Numbered from the stretch's first letter, positions 14,493 through 24,053 are shown. The stretch: 47,559 bases of DNA from a virus (IMGVR_UViG_3300037470_000196:1-47559); one strand, 5' to 3'. Notes: generated by a model not told the origin, from the sequence alone. Program-made: numbers and translations.

Positions 14493-15941
14493 TTATCGAA
14501 GCCATTCTCGTACAGTGTCCTGGAGGACTTGTGTTACAATGTCATGCTTTCGTACTAGCGTCTCGACGATGTATTCGTCAACTGTATTCTCTGCTACGAT
14601 GTCAATATACAGTACGCTGTCCGTTTGTCCAATTCGATGCTGACGATCTTCCTTTTGCAAACGCTTGATGATCTGAAAGTCGTTGCTGTAAAATACCATA
14701 GTTTTCGAGCCCACTAGTGTTTGTCCCTCGGCCCCCGCGTTGCTGGCTATGAAGAATTGTTTGTCCCCACGCTGAAAGGCTAACTTGGCTCGGGCGCGTT
14801 CGTTGTCTTTTACTTGTCCATCATACCTGACGCATTTGTCCCCTAAACGACGGCACAATTCGTCGATGTCCGCAATGAACCGAGAGAACACGATAGCCTG
14901 ATGTGGTAAGCTGTCAAGGATTTCGTCTACGCACAGGTCCATGCGTGTGTTCTTCTTGGGGTCAATGCGCTGCGTGGGCTGTTCCGCTTCACAAGACACA
15001 AAGTTACAGCAAATCTGCTGTAGCCTAAGCATCCGTGTCATGGCGCTCTCAGCTTCTAACAGGTCGCCGCTTTGCAACTCTACACTGTACTGGTCCCGCA
15101 GTTCGTTGTATACGCGCAACTGTTCTGGCGTTAGACTGTGATACCTCTTGGTGTACATCTTGGGTGGCAGATTTAGGCCAGCATCCTCTTTGGTCAATCT
15201 GTGCGTGATTTCTTTCACCCATTGAGATAGTTCCGGGAGGTTCTTGTAACTGACGCACTTCTCAAACGATCTGCCTCCAAAACGCTGATCTACGAACACT
15301 CCGAAGTGATGCTTGAAGTCTTCTAGTGTGGGAAAACCCCGCACCTTCCAGAAGTTGGGGTCCAGGAACCTGACTTGTGAGTATAGATCAAATGGTTGTT
15401 CTAACGGCGTACCGGTGGCAATGCGTCGATAGTGCGCGTACTTCCCGAATGCTGTTAGTGTGGTCTTCACCTTGCTCTTTGGATTTTTGATCCGATGCGA
15501 TTCGTCCAGGACCATGAACACCCGACGTTGGGCGAATAGTTTTTTGGCGAATTTCTTGAAACCCTCTGTAATGGTGGACTCATACGCCACGACCACTACG
15601 CTCAGGCCTTGGTGCCGCAGAATCTCTTTCATCTCTCGCTGAAAGCGTGCCGACTTGAAAGACACAGACTTCCATACGAGGTGCCGCATGTCCCGCTGCA
15701 CTTCGTCCGGCATGTGCGCGGGTATTTCGTCACTGACCCAGTTACGATGCACCCCGTTCGGCGCCACTACCAGTACAGCATCTATCCTACCTGCCTGGTA
15801 CAGGTAGGATAGATTATCGATCAGCGGTTTTGTCTTACCGACGCCCGGGCTCCAGAACAGTCCCCACGCTTCCTTGTTGGCGTGTTTCTGTAGGTATTCC
15901 CGCTGATGAGGTAACGGCTTAGTCTTATAGCGATAGGCCAA
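14493..15941 (-). CDS. SNF2-like SF2 helicase
   Basis: PLPHQ, PGVGKT, LDESHRIKN, ATGTP, RLQQI, GAEGQTL, QKEDRQHRIGQ. Confidence 0.93.
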   Translation of the reverse strand: MAYRYKTKPLPHQREYLQKHANKEAWGLFWSPGVGKTKPLIDNLSYLYQAGRIDAVLVVAPNGVHRNWVSDEIPAHMPDEVQRDMRHLVWKSVSFKSARFQREMKEILRHQGLSVVVVAYESTITEGFKKFAKKLFAQRRVFMVLDESHRIKNPKSKVKTTLTAFGKYAHYRRIATGTPLEQPFDLYSQVRFLDPNFWKVRGFPTLEDFKHHFGVFVDQRFGGRSFEKCVSYKNLPELSQWVKEITHRLTKEDAGLNLPPKMYTKRYHSLTPEQLRVYNELRDQYSVELQSGDLLEAESAMTRMLRLQQICCNFVSCEAEQPTQRIDPKKNTRMDLCVDEILDSLPHQAIVFSRFIADIDELCRRLGDKCVRYDGQVKDNERARAKLAFQRGDKQFFIASNAGAEGQTLVGSKTMVFYSNDFQIIKRLQKEDRQHRIGQTDSVLYIDIVAENTVDEYIVETLVRKHDIVTQVLQDTVREWLR

Positions 15942-16346
15942 TCAGTGCTCATTGTGCACTACGGGCGGTGCACCGTTAATATGGTTTATGGCCTCCTGGG
16001 GAGTCACGTTTTCCAGATCGCCCCATCCGGTTTCCGTAAACTGCAATCGTTCTGCTTCTTCATCTCCGTACTCATGCCGCCATACGTCTCTAGCCAGCCC
16101 GTCAACGTCATAGTTTTTGTACGTGTCCGTGATTCCTTCAGGAATCAGGCCCAGTCGGTGGGCTACTGCTACAATGTGGCCTGCGATGCAGCAGGGGGTA
16201 CCGGTCGCAAACTTCAAGGCGTTGCGCAGCCATATCAATTTTTTGTCCGTCAACTCGTTTATCCAGCCAAATTCGGTCATGTCAAATTGGCCTTCAGCCA
16301 TGATGCTTTTAGCGACTTCTTCTCTCAGGTCTTTCATTTCTTTCAT
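15942..16346 (-). CDS. Hypothetical protein (FDM...CCIAGH family), paralogue of 17539-17919
   Basis: Shared FDM, PCCIAGHIVA, RLG, W..YG..EA.RL.F, TP..A..HI.G. Confidence 0.8.
   Translation of the reverse strand: MKEMKDLREEVAKSIMAEGQFDMTEFGWINELTDKKLIWLRNALKFATGTPCCIAGHIVAVAHRLGLIPEGITDTYKNYDVDGLARDVWRHEYGDEEAERLQFTETGWGDLENVTPQEAINHINGAPPVVHNEH
16204..16238 (-). repeat. Element P inside coding sequence
   Basis: TTGATATGGCTGCGCAACGCCTTGAAGTTTGCGAC, translated as LIWLRNALKFAT. Confidence 0.92.
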
Positions 16347-16768
16347 TTCTTTCCTCCTTCTATGACTCTTAGGTATGGTGGTATTTTCACTTTACGTTTT
16401 GGCTTAGGCGACGCGGGTCTAGCGTCGGATGCCATGTTGACACCTGACGGGATGCTGCAATTCCATTGAACCCGTGTAGAGCCATCATGTGACTCAATGT
16501 AGTAAACAGCTTCCCACGGCAATACACAGGTAAAGCCCATCCGCCTGAAACTCAAGGTGCACCGAATATGCTCTCGTGTCACTTTCAGATCAGGTATGGG
16601 TACTACCATGTTCAGGCCTATCTGCAAATGCAGTCTGTTGGCAACACAGTACTCCGGCACCACGACTCCCTGGCACCGAGAGTCCAACACGATGCTAACC
16701 ATTTCACCTTCGTGCAGCAACCGATTGAACTGGGCGCGTTTGTCTGCGTTTTTGACGCTCATGGTCAT
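16343..16768 (-). CDS. sspB: SspB-like ClpXP adaptor (myxobacterial type)
   Basis: LDSR..GVVVP...LQIGLNM..PIPDL.V....I.CTLSF....FTCVLPWEAVY, low-complexity linker, C-terminal PYLRVI tail. Confidence 0.82.
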   Translation of the reverse strand: MTMSVKNADKRAQFNRLLHEGEMVSIVLDSRCQGVVVPEYCVANRLHLQIGLNMVVPIPDLKVTREHIRCTLSFRRMGFTCVLPWEAVYYIESHDGSTRVQWNCSIPSGVNMASDARPASPKPKRKVKIPPYLRVIEGGKK

Positions 16769-17049
16769 AGTACCCCCTCGTCCTCCGGTACACCGTTATG
16801 CACAGGATTCTTGCCCAGCGCGGCCTGTAGTCCCCGGCGAACTAATTCCCACACGCTGTACGACAACCGCGGGTAGTCTCGAACCATACCTCGACGTTGT
16901 ATCGTGTTTTTGGTTCCCTTGCGCAGTACATGAACATCGTACTGTCCGCGCTCCCGGTCGCCAGTACCGTCATTGATTATGTGCATCCGACCTACTTCAG
17001 TGATTTTTCCGGTAATTGCGGAGTGAAGTTCTACTGTTACAATGAGCAT
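16765..17049 (-). CDS. Conserved hypothetical phage protein
   Basis: MLIVTVEL...I.NDGTG...G.Y...YPR...VW.LV pattern. Confidence 0.7.
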   Translation of the reverse strand: MLIVTVELHSAITGKITEVGRMHIINDGTGDRERGQYDVHVLRKGTKNTIQRRGMVRDYPRLSYSVWELVRRGLQAALGKNPVHNGVPEDEGVL

Positions 17050-17050
17050 G

Positions 17051-17542
17051 TTATTTGATGGATCCTATTGTGTAGTCATAGTCAGATATTGCGTGCGGTC
17101 TTTCCACGATGTCCTCCGCGTATACTTCGCCGCACTTACATCGTCCGCGTACTGGCCTTCGATCCGGTATTCCGAAACACCGCTTACATAGGACAGGACG
17201 AGTGTGGGGACTGTCACGCATGTCACTAACTCTAGCGCCCCTTCTGTCGTTCTGGGCTTTTGAGTGACGCTGTTTCTGTTCGTCTTGGAACCTACGCTTA
17301 GCGTCTTGGCAGTCCGGGTGCCATTCTCGATGTTTACGCCGTACAGTCTTGTGCAGGGCAGTCATGCTCTTACCGCACCCACACTTGCACAGTGTGTCCT
17401 CCGTTGGTCTGTACCGAGGAGTGGTTATGTTCCGTATACGGTCTCGGGTACACTGCCACTTGATCGCTAGCTTGTACTGCGAAGTATTCCCCGATTGGTA
17501 TTCTCGCAGAATCTCCTCTTCTTGATCGGGAGTGGGTATCAT
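17051..17542 (-). CDS. HTH + Cys-rich protein, possible regulator
   Basis: EILREYQSGNTSQYKLAIKWQCTRDRIRNI (HTH-like); CKCGCG, CKRC, CKC. Confidence 0.65.
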   Translation of the reverse strand: MIPTPDQEEEILREYQSGNTSQYKLAIKWQCTRDRIRNITTPRYRPTEDTLCKCGCGKSMTALHKTVRRKHREWHPDCQDAKRRFQDEQKQRHSKAQNDRRGARVSDMRDSPHTRPVLCKRCFGIPDRRPVRGRCKCGEVYAEDIVERPHAISDYDYTIGSIK

Positions 17543-17919
17543 TTACCCAGTATGTGTGCGACTGCCATTTCAGGGGTAATCTCCCATATGTAGAAATTCG
17601 TATCGGCCCCGTAAAAGTCCAGACGATTTGCTTCGGCTTCCCCGTACTGCTGTGCCCATAGGAACTTTGCTGCTTCTTTCACACCGAGTGGCCTACCATG
17701 CACTTTACGGTATGCTTCTTTGCTAGGTAACCTCATGCCCAGGCGCGCGGCGGCTGCTACGATGTGGCCAGCAATACAGCAGGGTGACCCACAATCTGCA
17801 CCGGGTATAGACTTTTTCATCTTTCGTAAACGGCCTAAATACTCCCATGTGAGCATATCGAATGCGTCTTCGGTCAAGATGCCTTTGATGGTTTCTGCTT
17901 TTAAACTCTTCTTTTTCAT
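17539..17919 (-). CDS. Hypothetical protein (FDM...CGSPCCIAGH), paralogue of 15942-16346
   Basis: Shared motifs with 15942-16346. Confidence 0.8.
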   Translation of the reverse strand: MKKKSLKAETIKGILTEDAFDMLTWEYLGRLRKMKKSIPGADCGSPCCIAGHIVAAAARLGMRLPSKEAYRKVHGRPLGVKEAAKFLWAQQYGEAEANRLDFYGADTNFYIWEITPEMAVAHILGK

Positions 17920-18149
17920 CAGTTGATTTCCGTAGTATTCGGTTTACGCCACCTGTGCAGCGCAAGAATTTGCATATTCATGGTCCGATGCCATTCCCAA
18001 TAATACTGCATCTTGGAAGGACTGACCAGACAACGCCAAGTGAACTTGGGCCTACACTTCAGTAAACCCATAATTACGAATTGCGCATCTACTCGTTCCC
18101 CGAAGCCTGACCATTCGGAATGGTCAGGCTTCGGCGGGATCAGCGACAT
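17919..18149 (-). CDS. Small hypothetical protein
   Basis: 76-aa ORF filling the gap; start uncertain. Confidence 0.45.
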   Translation of the reverse strand: MSLIPPKPDHSEWSGFGERVDAQFVIMGLLKCRPKFTWRCLVSPSKMQYYWEWHRTMNMQILALHRWRKPNTTEIN

Positions 18150-18510
18150 ACTCTACCATCTTCCTAGCGATTTTATCCTGTTCTTCCTCAGAGCTGTCGT
18201 CCCAGAGAACACACAGCCCCCCAGAAATCAGACCATGACGGACGCCCAGATGCCTTCCCAGCACTTTTTTCAAGGGGTGATTGTCGCTGTGGTAGGCTTC
18301 ACTCCCACCGTGCTTTGCAATGTAATATTCCAGACAGCCCACCAGACAAAACCTGACGGCCCCCGGATCGATGGCTAACACAGTTTCACCTTCAGCGTCT
18401 ACAGCATATCTGTCAGTGCACCGCTTATCCCGATCCGTGAGCATCAGCCCCGTATCATTAATGATTCTCTGTATGTTCGTGGCTTGTTTGATTGCTGATT
18501 TTTCATCCAT
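18124..18510 (-). CDS. Hypothetical protein (FCLVG motif)
   Basis: YAVDAEGE.V......AVRFCLVG; likely start at MDEKS. Confidence 0.65.
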   Translation of the reverse strand: MDEKSAIKQATNIQRIINDTGLMLTDRDKRCTDRYAVDAEGETVLAIDPGAVRFCLVGCLEYYIAKHGGSEAYHSDNHPLKKVLGRHLGVRHGLISGGLCVLWDDSSEEEQDKIARKMVEYVADPAEA

Positions 18511-18609
18511 CTTCGAGTTTTGACACCTTACTGCTGACAACGCAAGTAAAATTAGACAGGGCGTTGTTTTTAGGTTGCGCACTGGTTAGCCACAGTGCAG
18601 GATGGGGGA

Positions 18610-19467
18610 ATGAGTGACATTTTGGATCTGCGAGAAGGCGATACTCCCATTGAACGGGTCAAGGTCCAGTATTGTACAGTCGGTCTACCCAGTGCCCCTA
18701 GTGTGCCCAGCATCCGCCTAGAACACTACGCGGATGCCCGTGTGGACGAAACGCGAGTAGTAGACGGTGTGACATGGCACGTGGTCAAGGTGGAGGATGA
18801 CACAACCGTGTGGTGGGGTAAAGGGTACGGAGGAAAGGCTCAGGTTTGCTGCCCTCCGTTGCCACCTAGGGACGAGAGTTATGGCAAGAAGCCGGGAACT
18901 CCTGTGTGGGTGCCGGTGCTGTTCCCAGGTCAGTCAGTTAACAGGATAGCGCGCAATCCGATAAATTCTCCGTTCCTGCGCATGCCGTTTGGTAAATATG
19001 GCCCCGTCGAGACGGAAGAAGATCATGGCCTATCCGTAGTTCGACAAGTGCTGAAAGTTCTGGGCGCCCAACTATTAGTTGACTGGGACAGATTGAAGGT
19101 AAAGTGCGAGGGTTGTGGTATCGAAGTCACTGACGGGGCACTTTGTCAATGGTACAGATTAGGTCTCGGTAGATCTCCAGATGATAGCGACTGGAAAGCG
19201 CTGGCTACCGGATTGGCCAACACTGCGCGTGCCGTGAGTAGGCAGTCGGAACAGCAGCACCATGACAGATTACTCAACAAGGTGTTGGACATGGATGACG
19301 ATGTTCTTGTTGATGAAATCACCATGCGTAGTCTGTGTGAACATTTCCCAAGGGAAATGGATGTGATGGCGCGTGCCTATTGTTCGCGTATCGGGCGTCT
19401 GTCGCAAGACGCTAAAAGAGGAATAATTACCGCCAGATCCGTAAAAAATGTACTGAGGAATAAATGA
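18610..19467 (+). CDS. Hypothetical protein, first gene of the plus-strand island
   Basis: About 285-aa ORF overlapping the thyX start; TTGCGC-17-CAGGAT just upstream of the ATG at 18610. Confidence 0.7.
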   Translation: MSDILDLREGDTPIERVKVQYCTVGLPSAPSVPSIRLEHYADARVDETRVVDGVTWHVVKVEDDTTVWWGKGYGGKAQVCCPPLPPRDESYGKKPGTPVWVPVLFPGQSVNRIARNPINSPFLRMPFGKYGPVETEEDHGLSVVRQVLKVLGAQLLVDWDRLKVKCEGCGIEVTDGALCQWYRLGLGRSPDDSDWKALATGLANTARAVSRQSEQQHHDRLLNKVLDMDDDVLVDEITMRSLCEHFPREMDVMARAYCSRIGRLSQDAKRGIITARSVKNVLRNK

Positions 19468-20756
19468 TCAAAATACTAGACCACGGGTACGTAAAACTGA
19501 TCGAAACCTGGGGCTCTGACGAGCGGGTTATTGAGGCTGCCAGGATGTCTACAGGTAAAGGGTTTCTTGGTTGGGGCACACCGGAACAACCGGGGGATGA
19601 AAAGCTGTTGGCGTATCTGTACAACAACTCGCACTACACCCCATTTGAGATGGCAGGCATGATTATCGAGGTGAAGGCTCCGATCCTAGTTTATCGAGAA
19701 TGGCATCGACATAGAACGCAGTGCCTTTCTGGCGACACCAAAATAACCTTAGTGACAAACACGTCTAGTGCGGTGACATACAAAAGAACCATCAAGCAGA
19801 TTTTTGACTTACGGCACGGAGGGGTAGAGGATCGCGAACCCGCCCCGCACAGAAACGGATACTCCAAAGCAGGAACTCCGGTAACTAGACCAGCTCGACG
19901 CAAGGTACCGTGGCGTACGCGAGTGCTACCTAACTGTCAAACTCGTCTGCTGAGGGTCCTAAATGAGGAAACGGGAGAATTCACAATCGCCCGCATGAAA
20001 GAAGTCTGGAAATCAGGGGTGAAGGACATCTACTCCCTCAATGTGGGCCGTATGGTGATTAACGCTAGTGCGCTGCACCCTTTTCTTACGGAACGAGGGT
20101 GGGTGCAGATGAAAGATATTGTTATCGGCGACCGTGTAGCCCGAATGGGCAAAGTCGTAAGCCAAGAGCGGGCCATACCGCCGTCTCTACGACAAGGCAT
20201 CGTTCGTTGGGAAACGGTGACTACATTGCCTATGTATGTGGGGCAAGAGATGACTTACGACATTGAGGTAGAGGGGCCTCATCACAACTACGTGGCTAAC
20301 GACATAGTCGTCCATAATAGCTACAATGAAATGTCAGCTCGTTACACTCCACTGCCAGATGAGAACTATATGCCCACCGTCGAACGGTTGATGCGCAACG
20401 CTGGTGGCACTAACAAGCAGGCGGGAACCGTGAAGGGGTCTGAGGAGATGACCCGCGGCAATGCCACGACGTTTCAACACAAGTTGCGCGAACAGTACCG
20501 ACAAGCCCAGGACGTGTATGAATGGGCGCTGAAGGTGGGCGTTCCCAAGGAACTGGCGCGAGTCCACCTACCCGTGGCTCGTTACTCACGAATGCGTGCA
20601 GGTGCTAGTTTGCGCAACTGGTTGGCATTTCTAACATTGCGCGATGCTCCCTCCGCACAGTGGGAAATACAACAGTACGCAAAAGCTGTGTCGTCGTTGA
20701 TTGCAGAGAATTTCCCTCGCACACATTCTCTGTACGTAACTCAAAGATCATCTTGA
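19464..20756 (+). CDS. thyX: FAD-dependent thymidylate synthase with intein
   Basis: EAARMS, HYTPFE, REWHRHRTQ|SYNEMSARY, PKELARVHLP, RNWLAFLTLR, AQWEI. Confidence 0.96.
   Translation: MIKILDHGYVKLIETWGSDERVIEAARMSTGKGFLGWGTPEQPGDEKLLAYLYNNSHYTPFEMAGMIIEVKAPILVYREWHRHRTQCLSGDTKITLVTNTSSAVTYKRTIKQIFDLRHGGVEDREPAPHRNGYSKAGTPVTRPARRKVPWRTRVLPNCQTRLLRVLNEETGEFTIARMKEVWKSGVKDIYSLNVGRMVINASALHPFLTERGWVQMKDIVIGDRVARMGKVVSQERAIPPSLRQGIVRWETVTTLPMYVGQEMTYDIEVEGPHHNYVANDIVVHNSYNEMSARYTPLPDENYMPTVERLMRNAGGTNKQAGTVKGSEEMTRGNATTFQHKLREQYRQAQDVYEWALKVGVPKELARVHLPVARYSRMRAGASLRNWLAFLTLRDAPSAQWEIQQYAKAVSSLIAENFPRTHSLYVTQRSS
19722..20318 (+). mobile_element. ThyX mini-intein (199 aa, no recognisable endonuclease)
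   Basis: CLSGDT start, SALHPFLT block B, TYDIEV...HNYVANDIVVHN then S+1. Confidence 0.92.
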
Positions 20757-20829
20757 CCGCCACGGTGTGGCAGTCCACAACAACAGTGGGGCTTCTAGTC
20801 CCACACCCCACAAATGAGGATCACAACCA

Positions 20830-21093
20830 ATGCAGAACAACGACCAACGAATCACGAACCTCGAGCGCATTGTCCTGGAGTACGGCCGTCGATTGGCAGA
20901 CCTAGAGGATAGCAGGCAGGGTCAGCTATCCTTACTGGCTCAAGGCATGGCCGAAATCACTGGGCTTGTGGAGCTTGCAGGAGAAGGAATCGCTCGAGAC
21001 GCAGGGGAAGAGCAGGATGCCGGAGACGAGGATGAAGAAGAGCAGCACGATACTATCCCAGCGCCAGCTCCTGAATACCTCGTCTCAGCGTAG
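20830..21093 (+). CDS. Small acidic coiled-coil protein
   Basis: GAGG ribosome-binding site; RITNLE/RLADLE heptads; acidic tail. Confidence 0.65.
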   Translation: MQNNDQRITNLERIVLEYGRRLADLEDSRQGQLSLLAQGMAEITGLVELAGEGIARDAGEEQDAGDEDEEEQHDTIPAPAPEYLVSA

Positions 21094-21441
21094 TCGATGC
21101 GGAGGGCCCTGATCCGATGGTGGCAACACCTGGGTCAGGGCCTTGCCGTCACAACGTATCTCGTTGGTGAGAAATCGGTTGCGGGTATTGAGCACACGCA
21201 ATTCGTCTCGCATCATCTGGTTTTGCTCTTCTAATGTTTCCAGGCGTTGATCTTTTTCCCACAGTGATTGGCGGAGCGCGAACTCTACGCTGCGCTTGTT
21301 TAGTTCTTCTGCTTTCTGTCGTGCATCTTTATCCCTGGCACGACGTGCTAGCCATTTGTCAGTGACCTGCCATACCGCTAAGAACGTTGACAGGAAACAG
21401 ACGAACAGCAGAAAGAAAAATAGTGGAGTGGACACGACCAT
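21085..21441 (-). CDS. Membrane-anchored coiled-coil protein
   Basis: N-terminal TM segment followed by heptad region. Confidence 0.7.
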   Translation of the reverse strand: MVVSTPLFFFLLFVCFLSTFLAVWQVTDKWLARRARDKDARQKAEELNKRSVEFALRQSLWEKDQRLETLEEQNQMMRDELRVLNTRNRFLTNEIRCDGKALTQVLPPSDQGPPHRLR

Positions 21442-21470
21442 AGGTACCTATATAGCACACCCGTGGCCGT

Positions 21471-23150
21471 TTATGCCCATAGTTTGCCGGCGCGCTGAGT
21501 GAGCATCGCCCGCTTTCCGTTAAGATAGGTCAGCACGTGTGAAATGCTCCAGGAAGACGGGCCCTTAGCATACCTCATTTTCAACTGGCATACGCCCGCG
21601 CTATAGGTTCCCTGGAATACTGTGGCGGTATGGTCATGGCCTTTGGTGTTCCGCCTGCCTAGGTTCGCTAAATTGCGAGTGCTGCCTCGAGACCCATTGG
21701 GCCCCAGGTCGCCGTGCAGTCCGCACTCTATAGGATGATTGCGGGGTCCGATGATCAATGACTCGTCCAGTCGCAGAAAGCGCACTGGAGGGCATTCTCG
21801 TTGCCGCATTGCCCATTCTAGGAAGGTCCATTCGTCGTCATCTGCCTCGATGGCATCCAGGCGGGCCAATTGCGCCAGCAGGTAAAATCGCGCATTAGGC
21901 AGGTCCACCTTGAAGTCCGCCTCGTCCAGCCAACGCTCCCCGTGTCTATCGTGGTTGGAATTTACTACCACCATTTGACAGAAGTCACGACTGGCCAGGT
22001 GCACAAGGTCGCGTGTTTGGTCGACCTCGTTCAGTACGATGTCCTCTCCGCGAAACCACTTCCTGTACCGCTCCCCAAACTTATTGCGGTCATGGTGACT
22101 CTGGCTACGCATGCTGAACAGGTCATGCATGGTCTGATACTTAGGTCTGAGTGCATCAATGGCGCCGCACTGATTGTCCGGTGTCCCCCAATTGACGACT
22201 GCTACCTCGGGATCAATCTCTGATGCGTGAACATCGCCCCAACTGATGCCCTCAGTGCGATGTCCCGTGGTGACCTGTCCGTGATTTACCTTGACAACTT
22301 GTCCCCCGGGGCAATCGTAAAAGCATCCATTGCAGTCAGCGTTCAGGTTACGTGCCCACCAATCACCGTCAGAGTTGACCTCGACAAGCATTGCGCTGTA
22401 CACATGATGAAATTCAGCTTTCTGCCCTTCGTTACGCTGGATGTAGTTCATCTGCGTAACAGTTCCAGTGGAGTACAGAAACCGTGGCTTCTCACCCTGC
22501 ATATGGGGCTGACTGGAGATATGGTGTTTGGTGTGAGGGAAAATGCCCGAATGCGTGCCACAATCGACCTGTCGTCCCGACAAGGGGTCATGCGCTGTTG
22601 GCGATATGTTGGCATCCGCGCGCCATTGAAGGTCAGGCGCTAACTGGTAACGACACGAGCCATGGCGTTCCGGGTCGTCGCAAACATAGGGCTCAATAGC
22701 CGCGTCATACCATGCTTCCCCGCTGTCGGTAGCCGTGGGCTTGCGTCCGGGTTTAGCTAGATAGTGATTGTTGTAAGCAGTCTTGTTGTACATGAAGCGA
22801 GAGATCATCAGTGGTACACTGGGTACTGCGCTGTCTCTGCTTTCCAGCCAGTTCTTATACGCCAACAGATTGGCCACGAATCTCGAATGGACTTTGGTGT
22901 TATTCTGTGCGGAACTGACGATGTACCGTTGAATCTGACCCTTCGGGGGCAACGGCATGACGTTCATGGGCAGCGGTTTTATCTGCCCGCCCGCCATGGG
23001 CTTATCGCTAATACCCGCTCTGTCCATTAACGCTTTGAGGGTTTGGCGATGTATTCCTAGGTCCTTGGCCGCTTGGCTTTTGTTGCCAGCATGACGATCC
23101 AGCGCCTCGTATATTTCTTCAGTGGCTCGTTCTAGGCGAGGAGTCGACAT
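21471..23150 (-). CDS. Fis-type HTH fused to calcineurin-like metallophosphoesterase
   Basis: ALDRHAGNKSQAAKDLGIHRQTL; WGDVH, HDLFS, SNHD, HGD, GHDHT. Confidence 0.82.
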   Translation of the reverse strand: MSTPRLERATEEIYEALDRHAGNKSQAAKDLGIHRQTLKALMDRAGISDKPMAGGQIKPLPMNVMPLPPKGQIQRYIVSSAQNNTKVHSRFVANLLAYKNWLESRDSAVPSVPLMISRFMYNKTAYNNHYLAKPGRKPTATDSGEAWYDAAIEPYVCDDPERHGSCRYQLAPDLQWRADANISPTAHDPLSGRQVDCGTHSGIFPHTKHHISSQPHMQGEKPRFLYSTGTVTQMNYIQRNEGQKAEFHHVYSAMLVEVNSDGDWWARNLNADCNGCFYDCPGGQVVKVNHGQVTTGHRTEGISWGDVHASEIDPEVAVVNWGTPDNQCGAIDALRPKYQTMHDLFSMRSQSHHDRNKFGERYRKWFRGEDIVLNEVDQTRDLVHLASRDFCQMVVVNSNHDRHGERWLDEADFKVDLPNARFYLLAQLARLDAIEADDDEWTFLEWAMRQRECPPVRFLRLDESLIIGPRNHPIECGLHGDLGPNGSRGSTRNLANLGRRNTKGHDHTATVFQGTYSAGVCQLKMRYAKGPSSWSISHVLTYLNGKRAMLTQRAGKLWA

Positions 23151-23607
23151 TGGTGGGTATCTCCGGGTTGTTACAGGGGCAATCGTACTCTTTACACACC
23201 CAGGCTATGTCGTGGGCTGTGATGTATTTTGTTCCTGATGCGATGCTTGCTGACATCACGCCCTTATGGGCGGGCAGGTGTGCAGGGTCAGCATACGGGG
23301 CCAACGAGTGCCCCATTTCATGCAACAGTACGGTAGGTACAACTTCCGGTGCAAGATCATCTGCAATGCGTATCAAACCGTGTCCGTGGCACCCCGCAGC
23401 GTCTTCTATGCTGTTACACACCAGTGGAGCGGGAACGATCTTGATTGCATCGTACCGAGGCCATCTACAAATGGCCCTATACCAACGTTGTTCCGCTATG
23501 GTCACTATTGAGGGCGCGTGTTTCGGAGCTTCTGCCGCACACGACAGCAGAAGCGTTAGCAGGCAGACAGCGAATACTATCCGCCGAACAACTTCTGCAT
23601 GATCCAA
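23119..23607 (-). CDS. Lipoprotein zinc metallopeptidase (matrixin/metzincin-like)
   Basis: Signal with LLSC lipobox; LLHEMGHSL...H...GVM. Confidence 0.75.
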   Translation of the reverse strand: MDHAEVVRRIVFAVCLLTLLLSCAAEAPKHAPSIVTIAEQRWYRAICRWPRYDAIKIVPAPLVCNSIEDAAGCHGHGLIRIADDLAPEVVPTVLLHEMGHSLAPYADPAHLPAHKGVMSASIASGTKYITAHDIAWVCKEYDCPCNNPEIPTNVDSSPRTSH

Positions 23608-23876
23608 ACGGCTGCTCCACCTAATCCCGCCGTCGAGATGTTGACTGCTCCTGCTCTAACGGCAGACGTCCTAGACGACGCAGGTGGCTCCGGTGGGAAC
23701 GCTCCCGTCCGCGCCAAGGCATCAGCAATAGACTGCTCGCGAGTTTTTCGCTCGGTCTCCGCTCGCTCCAATACCCTCATTCGCTCATCCATACGACCTA
23801 CGGACACCCGGGTTTCGCCACAATCCTCACGAATGGCATTGACTTCACGAGACAGCCAACTCTGGAAGTCGTCCAT
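23577..23876 (-). CDS. Coiled-coil protein with C-terminal hydrophobic segment (possible holin-like)
   Basis: RMDERMRVLERAE heptads; GLGGAAVWIM tail. Confidence 0.55.
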   Translation of the reverse strand: MDDFQSWLSREVNAIREDCGETRVSVGRMDERMRVLERAETERKTREQSIADALARTGAFPPEPPASSRTSAVRAGAVNISTAGLGGAAVWIMQKLFGG

Positions 23877-23882
23877 AGCGGA

Positions 23883-24053
23883 TTACTCCCCGGCGTCAGG
23901 GTATGAACTAGATGCCGGCTCCATGATATGGGCTGGCGTTGGGGTATCGGAAGGCACGTATTTTGACGTGTCAATGCCAAGATAGGCACCGGCACCCAGA
24001 ATGAGAATGGCCAACAGGATTTTTCCGGCATTAGCAGCAATTTTAGCGAACAT
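23883..24053 (-). CDS. 56-aa membrane protein (below ORF-track cutoff)
   Basis: AAGGAG ribosome-binding site; MFAKIAANAGKILLAILILGAGAYLG...PDAGE. Confidence 0.7.
   Translation of the reverse strand: MFAKIAANAGKILLAILILGAGAYLGIDTSKYVPSDTPTPAHIMEPASSSYPDAGE

Noticed and set aside
18599-18607. Antisense target of element B (aggatgggg)
   Set aside because: Only 9 nt, and it overlaps the predicted -10 so is probably not in the transcript.
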